This document shows, one piece after another, positions 50,261 through 64,000 of a DNA stretch of 64,000 nt; the first letter of the stretch is position 1, and the number at the start of each line of letters is the position of its first letter. The stretch lies in NCBI RefSeq assembly GCF_006345805.1, contig NC_043019.1, positions 1,488,001-1,552,000 on the forward strand, in the 5' to 3' direction. Source of the stretch: Octopus sinensis. Its lineage: Eukaryota. The notes beneath the pieces are model-generated. The model worked only from the letters and a program-made list of their open reading frames with translations, was not told the origin of the DNA and searched no databases. Both the position numbers and the translations under genes were made by a program.

Positions 50261-50899
50261 GTGGTTGATATACTGAGATTGTATACAGGCATGTATACCT
50301 CTAATTATTTACAATACAAATGTATGTATACAATTCCTTCTTTACAATTTCTTCGTGTATAGATGGGTTACATAAGATATATATATATATAAAGTTATGA
50401 AAATTTAAATAATGTGCGTTAATTAGTTTTGCTGTGATGGCGTTGGCAAAATATTGTGTTTTATTCAAAATACAATTATTTACAAGTATTATGCAAAATT
50501 AATAACTGTTTATTTACCCAGTTGAATGTTTGTCATATATTGTGATCGATACGCTAGTGTATTTATGGTAGGCTTACCAGCAATTAAATTGAAGTTCTAA
50601 AGAGTAATTAAATAAACAAAGACTCAAATGATTGATTTTTACAATACTCTGAAGAAAACACGCCACGCAAATAAACTGGTGTTACGGCAAGGGTCTGGTA
50701 TAATATCTACTAAAAACAATAAATACTTATCAGAGGGAACTATAAAACTTGGCTAATGTTTCCAAGGAATTCAACAAATAAATGTAAAACGAAAATAATC
50801 TTTTATGAAGAGAATAGAGAGAGAAGACAAATTATTCAAATAAAAAAGGGAAAAAATACTAAATTTTAATTCAAATACAAAATACCATATTAAGAAGAT

Positions 50900-51250
50900 G
50901 CCAGCAGAAGCCGTTACATTTCCAACACCTGATAATACTGCACTAAACAAAAGTAGATAGATAAAAACAGATGGCATTACTGAGAAGTGATGGACTCAAA
51001 ACTTAAATTTAAAGGCTTTTATCGTGATACCAGATCAAAGCTATGTTCACAGTAATAGTGGAACGATATTATGAATCAGAATACAAACTTATAAATGTAA
51101 CTGTAGAATTTGTAGAGATGTCTTACAATAATAAATTGCATATGTTCTGGGAGCTTGGGTTTTACCTAATGGGAATATACATTCGTGATAGATATAGATT
51201 TATCATAACATAGAAACGATTATAAAATTATGGAATACATAAATAATGGG
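50900..51250 (+). pseudogene. Very degenerate R4/Dong-like remnant (zinc-knuckle region)
   Basis: Nucleotide pieces read GL..KGFI..DQSY and NCRICRD.....CICSGS...EYT..D, in the order of the GLKAE.EG.LIAA.DQSLPT..CRICG...HI...C...EY.HRHD region. Confidence 0.4.
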
Positions 51251-51292
51251 ATACCAACTAACACCAGGAATCTAGTTTGAAAATCTTGACAT

Positions 51293-51453
51293 GGCGCAGA
51301 GGTGGCTTTGTGGTAAGTAGCTTGCTTAACAACCACATGGTCCCGGGTTCATTCCAACAGCGTGGCATCTTGGCACATTCTAGTATAGCTTCGGGCCGAC
51401 CAAAGCCTAGTGAGTGGATTTGGTAGACGGAAACTGGAAGAAGCCCGTCGTAT

Positions 51454-51524
<71 letters not shown>

Positions 51525-51728
51525 TTGTACGTGTGTGTTTGTCCCCACCAACATTGCTTGACAACCGATGGTGGTGTTTTTACGTCTCCATCACTTAGCG
51601 GTTCGGCAAAACAGACCGATAGAATAAGTACTAGGCTTATAAAGAATAACTCCTGGGGTCGATTTGCTTGACTAAAAGGCGGTGCTCCAGCATGGCCGCG
51701 GTCAAATGACAGAAACAAGCAAAAGAAT
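51293..51728 (+). mobile_element. Composite tRNA-derived SINE
   Basis: Same organisation as 36552-37019. Confidence 0.85.
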
Positions 51729-52793
51729 ATGATAATAGTCGATATGAACATGTTATCATTTTCAAAGTAGGTTTTCATAGCCTGGGTTTGGAAATATCCC
51801 AAGGCGAGAGAAATAAATCAAATCGTTCATATTTTACTGTCAAATGAATTGTATAAGCATGAATATTAAAGAAATTTAAGAGAAAGGAAAAAGGGCAATG
51901 GCGATGCCATGCTGAAACGGTTGATTTACTTTCATTTTTCCCGTATCCATAAATTTGAGGCAGTCATTTCTATAAATTTATTCGAATCCCAAAACTCTGT
52001 TCGTTCAATCGAATACATGCTGTACGCTTTAACCGGTCATCATATGACGATACCCAGTTATTTACTATATTAATAATAACGGGCAACAGTTGTGGGTAGC
52101 ATTTTGTTTAATGTCATCCTATAACGGAGCAACATCTAATCAAATGCGTCATCAACACGTTTTCGTTTTCGGGCACAGTACTGTAAGCAGGACTATAATT
52201 GCAGAAATAATACTTTCTACTAAAGGCACAATGACTCAAATTTTTTTGTGGGGGTGGGGTGGAGAAGAGACATTTTATCGATATCAGTGCCTCACTGATA
52301 CTTAATTTATCGATGGATGAAAAGTATAATCAATCTTCGCGGTATTTGTACTCATACTGAAGCGACCTGTGAAATATCTATTTCTTTACTACCTACAAGG
52401 GGCTAAACACAGAGGGGACAAACAATGACAGACAAACAGATTAAATCTATTACATCGACCTTCAGTGCGTTACTGATACTTAATTTATCGATCCCGAAAT
52501 TATAATCTTTACATATTTATATAAATACACACACATATAAAGATGTGTGTGTGTATACACTCTATTTAGGCAGATGTTTCACTCATTTGACTGCAGCAAT
52601 GCTGAAACGCCGAGTAAAATGAATTTAGTCGAAGATACGAGGATCAAGAACATAATTTTGGTGCCCAGTACTTATTCTATCGGTCCCTTTTGGCGAACCT
52701 CTGAGGTAACTGTGACATAAAGACACCAGCATCAGTTGACAAGAGACGATGGAAAGGGAAGCACTAAAACACACACACTTAAGCATATTTATG

Positions 52794-52912
<119 letters not shown>

Positions 52913-52933
52913 TAGATAGATAGATAAATGTAG

Positions 52934-53080
52934 GATGGACTTCTTTCACTTTCCGTCTACCAAATTCACTTACAAGGCTTTTGTCGGCCCGAGACTATAG
53001 CAAAAACACTTGCCCAAGGTATCACGCAGTGTGACTGAACCCGGATCCATTTGGCTGGGAACCAAGCTTCGTATCACGGA
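52934..53080 (-). mobile_element. Composite SINE head half, diverged
   Basis: 'ttctttcactttccgtctaccaaattcacttacaaggctt...acttgcccaaggtatcacgcag'. Confidence 0.7.
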
Positions 53081-54008
53081 ACCAAGCCTAATGCCTTGTG
53101 GAGTAGAAAGATGGAGTATTTCCAAGTTAGAACCCAAACTGTGCTTTAGGCTATCTACACCGTCAGAATTTCTTTTCATGTAGAAATTGTAGGAGACAAA
53201 ATTTTATAATTTTATCTTTACTAATTCCTCGACATAAGATACATATAAAATCGGACAAACGCAAACGTCTTTGATGCAGGTCAAAAGAAGTGACATTCCA
53301 ATGTTTAAAACCCAAAATATATAAATCTCACTAATTTTAATTGATCATTAAAATCTTTCTTTATCTTTATATACGTATATATGTATGTGTGTGTGTATGT
53401 ACACAAACACATATGTATGCATGTAGGTATATATGTATATAAATATATGCATAAATATATGTATATATATATATTTATATATTTATATTTATATATATAT
53501 GTATATTTATATAGATATATTTTTTTCTTTTCTTTTCGATTAGATTTATTATTATTATTACTAATATTGTTGTTATACATACATACAAGCATATGTAATG
53601 ATAATAATGGGTGGATGTAAACACATGAACAAAATTCGAACAAAAGCAACAACAACAAAAACAAAATACAAATTACAAGAACGTATATAAACAGAAGATA
53701 GAAATATTACAGACATCCCCCCACACACACACTAAATAAACATAGACGCACATAGAGATATAAGCATGCGCAAATGAAGACATACAATAGAAATACAAAA
53801 TGGCTGACGGTTAGTAAGGAGAGACACAAGTAAGTGAGAAGAAAACAAAGGACCACTGATGCGGTCACAGGAGTGTGACGAAAGAACTTTGGCCGAAATA
53901 AGATTAAGATTAATGTAAAAAATAAATATCACTGAAGCAAAACAACACCAAATATATAGTGCGTGTGTTTTTATTGGCTAAACTGGCAATATGACCATTC
54001 CGAAATAT

Positions 54009-54039
<31 letters not shown>

Positions 54040-55385
54040 CGTGTGTGTGTGTTTGTATATTTGTATGTATGTTGTGTAAAGTTATTTACTCTCTGTCCCT
54101 GTAAATTCGCCCGACTGACCATTCCAGAAACCAGCAGAAGTCCTGAATTGCTACTTTATGTTGACGTCCAAGGAGTAAAAAGCAAGGCTGGCCTCGTCTA
54201 GTTTTGAACACAGATCGCAACGGAGAGTTGAAACCAACAGTGTGAATCAATCTAAGTGTCTCTCAAGTTATTTGTCTAATTCGCAATTGTTTGTGGTGTA
54301 ACTTTCTGCGTACCTGCCGACACTGCTAAATAACAAGTTTTGAAGCTACAACAGCAAATTACATGCCACAAAATCAATGAATGATAAAGCAAATACAACA
54401 GATGTATGTTAATGAACGGATCTCCGTAATTGTATACGCTGTCAGAGCGCTCAGATTGTATTGTTACAGACTATTGCTATTATGAGAGACCGTAGAAATA
54501 GTTTCAATACAAAAACTTCAATTAGTATGAGCAGTTGCATGCAAACTTTCCTATATTTTATATTGTTCAATCATCGATAGAATTTTAATGCTACTTTTAA
54601 AAGCCTGCACTGGAACAGTTATTGGACATTTAGCATGAACCGTAACGTATGTTATCTTTTGTCAAGCAAATGTAGAATGGCGTGCCTCCATTTTTAGTAT
54701 TTGCCGTCAGTTCTTTCCTAAAACGAAAAATTGGCATGCGTTAGTCGAGCTGATCTGATATCTGATATGCGTTTACGTGTTACATCTGGACTGAGTCGCA
54801 TAATGCTTACACAGCTAATAACATGTAAATGCGTTTTTGTATAGCTTTAGACAAAGTAATAACACAGAGTGAATATAATTAATTGATGGGTTCTTGACAA
54901 TCGCATTTAAAGTGTAATTTAATTTGCATTTTTCAAATGGATTTCAATGAATAATTAAAAGTAACAAGTTGCAACGATTCCGAGCCGTGCATTACCTAAA
55001 TAGGATGCACTGCCTAGCAAATACTTAGGCACAAAGGTTCAGAAGAAGAGGAAGATTACGAAAATGTATCCTATTACTATTCAAACGGTTTCGATGGAAT
55101 AGAACAGACGGATACATTGAATTATTTTGGCCAAATGGCAAAAGCAAATGTTATCTATTATCGTTTAGTTTCTTCAGTTATTCGACGGTGACCACGCTAG
55201 GGCAATGACTTGAAGGGATTTTGTATTGCGTCTTATACGATCGATCCCTTTTTACCGAAGGGCTAGTTTCAGGGGACGTAAAGTAAAACCACAGCCATTT
55301 GTCAAGCAGTAGTGTGGGACTAACACACACATATATAACATATACGCATATAAGCCTGTGTACACACATATACACACACACACAC

Positions 55386-55457
<72 letters not shown>

Positions 55458-56239
55458 TTCAAACATTTATAATGAACACACAGACTGACTTGAGAGCTAT
55501 TTCGGTACACGCCTGGATAAGTTAACCATACATACACACCTTACACATGCGCACACACAAAGACACACATACACACACACGCACACACACATACACACAT
55601 AAGCACACAGACACATACACACAACATATATATATATTATATATATATATATATATATGTATATGACATGCTTTTTTCTCTTTCTGTCTACCAGATTCAA
55701 TTATGAGGTTTGATTGGCCCAAGGCTTTAGTAAAAGAAACTTTTCCAATGAAACTTCTGGGACTGAACCCCAAATTATGCAATTGAGAAAGAAACATCTT
55801 ACCACGTAGCTCTATCTGGTCCTCCTTGTTAATATCAAGTAATAATATGTTAATATAAAATGTGATGAAATTTTTCAATATCGTTCTACATTTCAACTGA
55901 TTATTTTTAGAGCATACGATGGATCCTCCGATGGTCTCGACGATGAGCATTGAGTTCTTCGAAACATTTAATTATACGCGATTTCAGTTAGCATACAGGT
56001 GCCTGAGTATTCCACAGACATGTGTAAGTTTCACCCAAATTGTGCAATACTTGACTTGAAGTATCGGAGGAATTTAACCGATGGCCATACACATAGTTTC
56101 CGCATGATGGATTTTTGCATAAGCTGGACTAAATCGATAAATGAAAAGTATTGTTTTACAACGTGATAACCTCTACGTGTTCACTTGGATGGCAGAAACA
56201 GCAGCGAAATCTATTTCATATCAGTATAGGTACACGGCC

Positions 56240-56410
56240 AGAATTTTAATGAGGAGGATGCTAGTGCTTTAAATCGACCCTCAGTACTCGATTGGTACTT
56301 ATTTTTTCGAGCCCGGAAAGATAAAAGGCAAAGTCGACCTCAGTGGAATTTGAACTCAGATTGTATAGACGGACGAAATGCTGCTAAGCATTTTGCCCGT
56401 CGTGCTTGCC
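56240..56410 (-). mobile_element. Degenerate SINE (2248-2480 family)
   Basis: 'aaaggcaaagtcgacctcagtggaatttgaactcaga...gctaagcattttgcccgtcgtgct'. Confidence 0.65.
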
Positions 56411-57297
56411 GCTTTATCAACATCTAATAATAATACTGCCACACAAAACTGACACCGAGGACAACGTAAACAAGATATGTGCTTAGGATAGAATGCTAGA
56501 TATCCGAACAAAGAATCTCTGTGTTCATAATTTTCCTCAATCAGAGGCCATTTGAGGTTAAGCTACCTTTCACAATTATGATAGTAATTGATCATATTCC
56601 AAATCAATCATGTTAACGTATCTGATTATTTGGACGATTCGTTATCGATTCTATAAAGAATACGGAATATATATCAAGTGAGGGATATTAATTTGTCGCC
56701 CTTGCTGTTATTGATGTCATTCATTTATCGTCGAATCAGCAGATCTGTAATGTCAGGATTTCTTGTCGTGATAAACACGTCTCCTTAGACATAGTTTACT
56801 CCAGACCGGATTTTCCGATACGCTCTTTCATTGCTTCTAAAGTCACACTTGTGTAATTCGAGTTTGATTTAGCTGCAATCAACTAGAATATCCTTCACTG
56901 GTGGGAATAAATAAATCTTCATTTTGCGTGTCAGCCCAGTTCAAACTGACCTGTGTTGCAATACAGTCTAGATCTCTGTCAAAAGTTGCAGTCTATCATA
57001 GTAAAACACTGTATAACGTTTCAGCCTATGTTCTTCAAACGCTAGTAATATGGTTTGGAGGGAATGAGGTTGCTATTTCTAGCATGGCGAATTTTCCCAA
57101 AGACCCACTCTTATTTGATAACACAAACATACATTGTTATCTGATGGCTTATTTCTGTTGCAAGAAGGAAACACCAAAATTATTGAACTAGCGACCTGTT
57201 ACTTACGAGATCGTTGACTCAGAGATCCTTCCGTGAAAGATCATTTAGGGCAGTTGTATAAGCGATCGTGCTCTTTCGGACCCAACATTCCAGATGA

Positions 57298-57520
57298 TAG
57301 GAGGGGTTACTAAAATGTTGCGGGATTTGGGTAAAAGAAAATAAAAAAGGACCAGTTAATTATGATTTTATTCAACATATTCCCCTCTCAGATTCATGCA
57401 CTTATTGCAACGGGACTTCGAGTTTTTCTAAGCCTTCTAAAAGAAATGAAAATGTTGGGTCTACAACCAGGCCATTCGCGATATCCTTAAAGCCAGGAAC
57501 TTTTCAGCCATCACCTCGTA
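57298..57520. mobile_element. Mariner-like MITE remnant (second partial copy at ~58810-58965)
   Basis: Imperfect TIRs 'ta(g)gaggggttactaaaa..' / '..aacttttcagccatcacctcgta'. The internal 'tattcaacatattcccctctcagattca' recurs at ~58825. Confidence 0.5.
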
Positions 57521-59277
57521 TATGATTCGGGAGCGGCAGCTATGTTGCTCCATTTTAATAGGCAGGCCCTGTTTACAGTATTATTGTTACTGAGGTTTCG
57601 ACCGGTTTGATGGCTCGTATTGGTCTACCATATATAATATGTTCACGACAGATGTGGCAGTATCTTCGGTAGATGGAGACTGACAGGATCTCTGCTCGAC
57701 AGGTCGCCTGTGAGAACCCTGGAATGTACTGACAAATAGTGAATGCAATAACGCTCTGCAAAGGTGAACACCCCAACACCTCACTTGATCTGACCAGTAA
57801 ACAGAATTAAAATTATGTTTGTAACTCTAGCTCAGCCCGAAATGACCAGGGCTATGATCTAAGATACCCCATCCATGACCGTCTTGAATTTTTAAGATTA
57901 GAGTTGGATATGATTAAATTTTAAGTGCTACTCCGTTGGTTGCGATGACGAGGGTTGAAGCTGATCTGATCAACGGAACAGACTTCTCGTGAAATTAATG
58001 TGTAGAAGAACTTGTCTCATACGGAATTTCATGTATTTATACACCAGTAGTTCATATGTATGCGAGTAGGTAAGTATTTTAGAATACCCCACGAAATGAC
58101 GACCAGGTGCTACATAGTTCAGGACTGCTCTTTGGCAAATTATAGCACCCGTTCAGCCACCCTACCACAGATACGTCAACGTTCTGGGACTGGAGTATGG
58201 CGAATTGTGAAGAGGTAGCACAAGAGTTCAACTGAGCCAACTGGTGCTGAGCGGAAGAATCGTAGAAGTTCAACGGTTTGGATCACTAAGCTCTATCTAG
58301 AGAGATAAAGCAACGCATAAAAAGAGGCGGTCCCCATGGCTGTGTGCTCAGCTAATAGAAGATTCACTCTGGCTCAAGCTCCAAATTCAAATTTATAATA
58401 ATGGAATTCAATGGTGTCAGAGAGTCATACGTAACCGCGAAAGTTTCTTGATGGAAGAGTGAGTTCATATGTTATATACAGCAGTAGTTCCGTGTTAAAT
58501 GCGACAGTAGTTCAAAGGAATATACGAAGAAATACTGAAATGTTCCTGGCTTTGGTTAAAAAGAAAAATACAAGAGGATCATTTAACCTCATTAAGTCCC
58601 ACTGTCCTATAAATAGGATACTAAATGAGAACATTAAATAGGCTATATCACATTGTCTCAGTGTCCTATTTGTAGAACAGCAACTATTTCCATGTCTAAT
58701 TGAAGTAAAGGAGTTTTAATATTTATTTTTTGCATTTTGACCTATTTTCAATCACCAGTAAAAATTTTTAAATAATATTCAGAAATTTAACTACTCTGGG
58801 ACTTAACGGGTTAATCATGATTTTTATTCAGCCATATTCCCCCTCTCAGATTCACGAATTTATTGCAGCGGTCCTTCAGTTTTTTTTTAACTCTGTAAAA
58901 GAAAGTTGGGTCTCCAACCAGGCTTTTCGTGACACCCGTAAGTTCCAAAACTATTCAACACCCATCATAAAGCATCAAATGAAAATATTATAAAACAACA
59001 ACCCATGCGTTATATATACATAAGTTGCTCAAAATAAAACAAGGCAGCAGTCCATGTATTAGAACGAAATAGTAAGATATATAACAACGTTCGTAGAAAT
59101 TTATTACAGAAATATTCGTGGAAGTATTGTTCTTGAAAGAATTTATATTTAGAAGATGTTTTGCAGAGCGGTCGTGAATTATAGATTATCTTGAGACAAC
59201 ACTAAAAAGAAAGGACCGAAATAGTTACTTTTACACAAACAAGTAGGAATAGTATACTGCTTTGGGGATTTTTTCAG

Positions 59278-59341
<64 letters not shown>

Positions 59342-59401
59342 TGGTTAGTTGTTTGTTCAAGTGATATTCCTAATTATGTATACCTTTGTATACATATAAT
59401 G

Positions 59402-59443
<42 letters not shown>

Positions 59444-60464
59444 TCGCTCTTTCATTCTTTATCTTTTACTCTTTTCATTCGTTGAACTATGGCCATGTTG
59501 TAGCACCATCTTGTAGAGTTTAGTGGAGGAAAGCTAAATACGAGACACACACACACTAATACAGACGCACACACATATACACAGACATCCACATAGAGAA
59601 AAACACATACACACAGAGAGACACATACACACATAGACACACACATGCACCTCTGTTTTCGGAAACCAAAGAATGACATGAGGATTTTTTTTTACAATAT
59701 TCTGCTATAAAATATTCCATTGCCCGGTAATAATTCAATGTAGACTAGGCTGGGAACCAACAAATAATTTTCGTAGGCAGAGATTTCCGAACGTCAAGAT
59801 AGCAAACTGGTTCACGTTATACTGCTGGGCATTCTGTAGTCCGCTATTCGCGCTGTCTTTGATGGTATTCAATTAAATATGCCACAAATCAAATATGTGG
59901 GTGTGAGAGGGAAGAATTACAACCGTATTTCGTGGTCCGCTACCACAACAGCCCCTTTATAGGATCCATTTAGCTCAAGACATCATCAGGAGGAACCACG
60001 ACCGGTTTCGGCCCTTACTCCTCCACCGTTTTGACGTGGCGGGGCCCCGCTTTCGGAGTCTCTGGTGTTGGGTGCATGTCTTCTTTCTTCTTTTTTTTTG
60101 TTCCCTGGCCTCTTCTATGTATCGTCAGCGAGTGTCAGCCGGTGACTGAATTTCTTTATTACCCACAAGGGGCTAACGAAGAGGGGGACAACACATCATG
60201 ATTTGGGGTCATGAGACACGGATGAAATTTACATATAAATGATCTTTTAAAAAATATTACATAAAATCGAAAACAAAATCTTGGAAATCGAATGATACAC
60301 AAATTTTTACAGCACAACATAAAAACGACACATGAAGTGGGAACACCAGGATTGCCGACCCCACGAGCCCTGTTTTTCCCACTGAGACTCGGCAGCCAAC
60401 TTACAGCGTGTTCATGTGGCCCCTTTCACTCGCAGCAATCGTGCCACACGTTTCCGCAGCTGGT

Positions 60465-60500
60465 GACTGACTGACTTGTCAAATTTCTCCCTTTAAATAC
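60465..60500 (-). promoter_or_regulatory. Candidate core promoter (TATA-like + Inr)
   Basis: The minus strand has TATTTAAAG, then TCAGTC twice about 28 and 32 nt downstream, followed by a GTAAGT donor at 60404-60399. Confidence 0.3.
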
Positions 60501-61579
60501 CTGCCGCTAGGCTCCATTTTATCGTGCGCTCGTCAGGAGAATTGTTTATCCTTTTAATGTAAGTGATATCCTACAGATATACATATTAGGGTTACAAGTA
60601 TACTTATACATTTGCATAATTTATTTTAAATACTTTTCAGCGAAGAAATTTTACAGTAATGTTTTTTAAGATGAGGTAAAAAGTTTGATCTGTATTTATA
60701 CCTTTCAATTTCTCCGATCCAGAACATCAGTTGTGCATCAGTTTAATATAATGCAAATGGAAATTACATTAATTCAGACTTTCCAGTTGATAATTGAATT
60801 AATATTTTATCACAAAAATGGCGTGCAGTCTTAAGACGCGCATATTTTACGGCAAAATGATTAATTCTGTATTTGCTCTCATTTAAAATTCCACTGCCAA
60901 TTATATTTAATCAGCCGGCCATTCTATTTATTCAGAATTTTCATTTAACTAAGATTTAGTTGTTTCAATAAATTAACCTTTTTTTTAAAACTGTAGAGTA
61001 ATTTAATTTCATGAAAATTCTATCTAAGATTGAACGTGATACAAGTTAATCCCAATCATTTTCAATTGCTCACCTGCAGGTTGTAATACTCAATTAATAA
61101 TGTAATAAATTATAATAGATTTCCTTATTTGTCATTCAAGATTTAATTTCCTTATAATCATCTACATGTGTATTCTGTTTGAATTGAGAATTCTGTTGGA
61201 GAAATGCTTTAAGTAATTCCACGGCACAACCCAGAATCCAATTTTTATAATTTTCATTTTGTTTTTCCTGAAAACATTTGACAGATAGAGACTGAAGATT
61301 TAATCTCTGGGCGTTAAATCAATGTTGTTGTTTTTGGCGTTGTTTTTTGTTGTTGTGGAAGTTTAAGCTCAATCCAGGCTTGTTTCAGTACACGTGCGTT
61401 AAAATATGCTCTACTCTATACATGCTCATCCCTTCAGTGACTGCATTGTGCAATTATGAGTGATTTGTGCAGGGGAATTTGGTTAATATCTCTAGCAAGT
61501 CTATTGGTGCAGAAAACACCTACGTAGACTTCAACTAAAACCTATATAAAGTTTCGATGTGTATATCTGGTCAGTTCAA

Positions 61580-61893
61580 ATGGTAAAGATCCCCTTCTAT
61601 CATGAATGACCATGCGATTGCACCTAGAAAGTTACCCTCCAAGGCACAAGTCCTGCAGTTGATCCCGCATACCAGCAACCCCCCTCCACGCCATTGATGT
61701 TGTCCACGGGAAAGGCAAAATTGGATACAACTTGGAACCGGTGATATCAAAACTCATTTCTACAGCTGAATGGACTGGAGCAACGTGAAATATAGTATCT
61801 TGCCCAAGGACACAATACATAACCCGGTCTGAGAATCGAACTCACTATCTCGTGATTGTGATCCTGATGCTGTAACCACTGAGTCATGCGCCT
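61580..61893 (-). mobile_element. tRNA-derived SINE
   Basis: Head 'ggcgcatgactcagtggttacagcatcaggatcacaatcacgagatagtgagttcgattctc' and central 'tccttgggcaagatactatatttcacgttgctccagtcca'. Confidence 0.72.
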
Positions 61894-64000
61894 TCAGGCT
61901 GTTCAGTTCAACCAGAAACAAAATACACCGTACTACATGCAATATATATATGATGCTTGTAACACAACGCGAGTAAAAGAGAAATTTTTTGGTGTAGCTT
62001 TCACATCTAAACAAACTAAGAGATATAAAATCTATTTCAAAAGAAAGATGTGACGCTAAGTTCACACGTCTCCATTAACTTTAGTTTTTTTCAATTCCTT
62101 CATATCTACAGCCTTCATATTGGCAGCATTCTATTGTAAAAATATATTGACCACTAATAAAACATTTTCTAAATATAAATTTCCTTCTGTATTATTTATT
62201 ACGACAAAACATGTTCAGTATGCGATGCAACAAGATGTCATTTAATATTAAACGCATCTGCAAGGTTTAAAAATCATCTGAAGACATCAACGGAAAGCTT
62301 CATTAGCTGAAATGTAAAGAGATTTTATGCGTTACAACTAAATCTCATCCAAATCAAACACTGTCCTTTACAAACTCAATGAAATATTCGTCAAAAGTAA
62401 TCTCAGATATAAAAAAAAAAAGACGGGTTGTCGCAGTAACACGACTTTGCTTTTACGACTACCAGTTTAGTTGTGATCATGAATTAAATAACAGCAAGAA
62501 CAGGAACGTGGGTGGCAAAATCTTTGGAAACCCATTTACATAATCATTTCATATCAAATACTTTCCGGGATCACATTTAACTGTTAAATCCAGATTGAAG
62601 CTAAAACGTTATCTTTCAATAAATGGAATTATGAAGTAATATATTTTTATACTATTTTGTCCATGGACTTGCGACATCTTTGTTGAATATTAATGCAATT
62701 AGTTCTTACTATGATTTGTAACAGGTTATGAAGCTAATCACTTTTTCATTTTAGATCTAAATTAATTTTATGTAGTTAGACAATTTCCATACAACTCATT
62801 ACGTATGCAAATTGCATATAATTTATTATGGCAGTTCATCCGTTTTTTTCTCCAGTTTATTGTTCAAATTAGTACGTATGAAGTATTACTCTAGTATATC
62901 AGTGAATGGCGTGGTTTAGAAGTTATGATCGTAATAGAAAAGGTAAGGTTTCGAATCTGCTACACAACGGCGAGTTGTATGTTTGACCAAGTCGCCTCAT
63001 TTCATGTTCCTATACTCGAATACGCTGAACATGAGTATCATCGAGAGTTGGAGTTAATCATGTGGCAGGTTGGCATTGTATTGAGAAGGAAAATTTGAAG
63101 ACATGAGTAGCAATTGCATGGCGCTATATTTCGGCTAAAGTATACGATTTGATTTGTAGTGCAATCTTTTCAGCTGTCTCAAGAGACGCGACTTGAGTCT
63201 TTTCAGAAGCAGCCATCCTTTCCCAAAATAGTTTCTTTGTTCAGATTGCTGTTCTAGCAGTCTTTGGAAATAATTCACATCTTTACATTGAAGAAAAATG
63301 TTCCGTTGTAAAATGTCTTTTCAACTTGCTAAGCAAAAAAAAGGCTTTCGTTAGACATCCTTTTACCACAAACAACACACAGCGGGAGAGGTTGATCCTC
63401 GTTGCCAGTCGAATGAAACCCAAACTTTAAATAGCTATTGCAATATTTACGATTGGGTTGAACTTGCGCAATATTATCTCTACGCTTAGATGATTTCGAC
63501 TAACTTTCACTTTCACATTCATTACCTTCACTGATAAGTTTCCTCTTAATAAACTTTTCAATTTTATGGGTAACTGAATCTGTTAATATGAATTGTCTCG
63601 CACGAAGAGCACAGATCACTAACAGAGTCAAACTGGGTGTGAGACAGGTGAGCAGTGAGAATTCTTCCAAAATTAATTGAAAAGATGAAAAATCTTGCCT
63701 CCATATGGATGAAAATAATTGAAATACAGCCGCAATACGTAAGGACGTATTAAAAGATTTAGTTCAACATCGTATATTTTAGTTCAATTGTTTATTTTCC
63801 ACATTTATTATAGTGAAATGAACACTGACCTGAAGGAATTGAAGAAAACAACCACCTCTCATTTTTAGTTTAGAACTTAGTATTTAGATTCTTACCACCG
63901 CGTTGCACAGTTTGGGAGGCACTGGGTTAGTCCAAAGTACGCGTTACGTTGAATTGTACGTTGTTGCTACACTTTGGTGACCGACAAGTCGTAAATCCCC

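Noticed and set aside
57011-57044. Hammerhead-like 'TTGAAGA...GGCTGAAACGTT' on the minus strand
   Set aside because: Stem II cannot form and stem I is weak; at best a decayed remnant.
58082-58225. Possible plus-strand exon (IPHEMTTRCYIVQDC...)
   Set aside because: Weak splice context, no recognisable domain and no partner exons.
59980-60135. Scattered hammerhead parts (GAAACCGGTC, CTGATGA, CTGACGA) on the minus strand
   Set aside because: No single arrangement gives compatible stems I and II.

Overview
AT-rich, microsatellite-dense eukaryotic DNA. I infer an octopod cephalopod from recall of the tRNA-derived SINE families, not from a database search. No host protein-coding exon can be supported. 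The window is a transposon landscape. It holds a near full-length Penelope-like element (PLE) in partial tandem with pseudo-LTRs (6.7-12.4 kb), further PLE remnants, and a full-length R4/Dong-type LINE inserted in (TAA)n. It also holds a Merlin (IS1016/ISXO2-like) DNA transposon with an 8-bp TSD and ~695-bp TIRs, a Merlin-like MITE carrying telomeric repeats, a Tc1 fragment, and many SINEs including a homogeneous ~217-bp SINE tandem array. The most striking unexplained signal is a set of type I hammerhead ribozyme (HHR) motifs of at least five sequence families. Three of them sit in palindromic, outward-pointing twin-hammerhead structures (15.4-15.9, 16.2-17.0 and 37.5-37.7 kb). One of these shares termini with a ribozyme-less MITE-like palindrome at 25.1 kb. 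Many frameshifts are single-base indels in homopolymers and may be long-read assembly errors. All ribozyme folds were done by eye and are untested.
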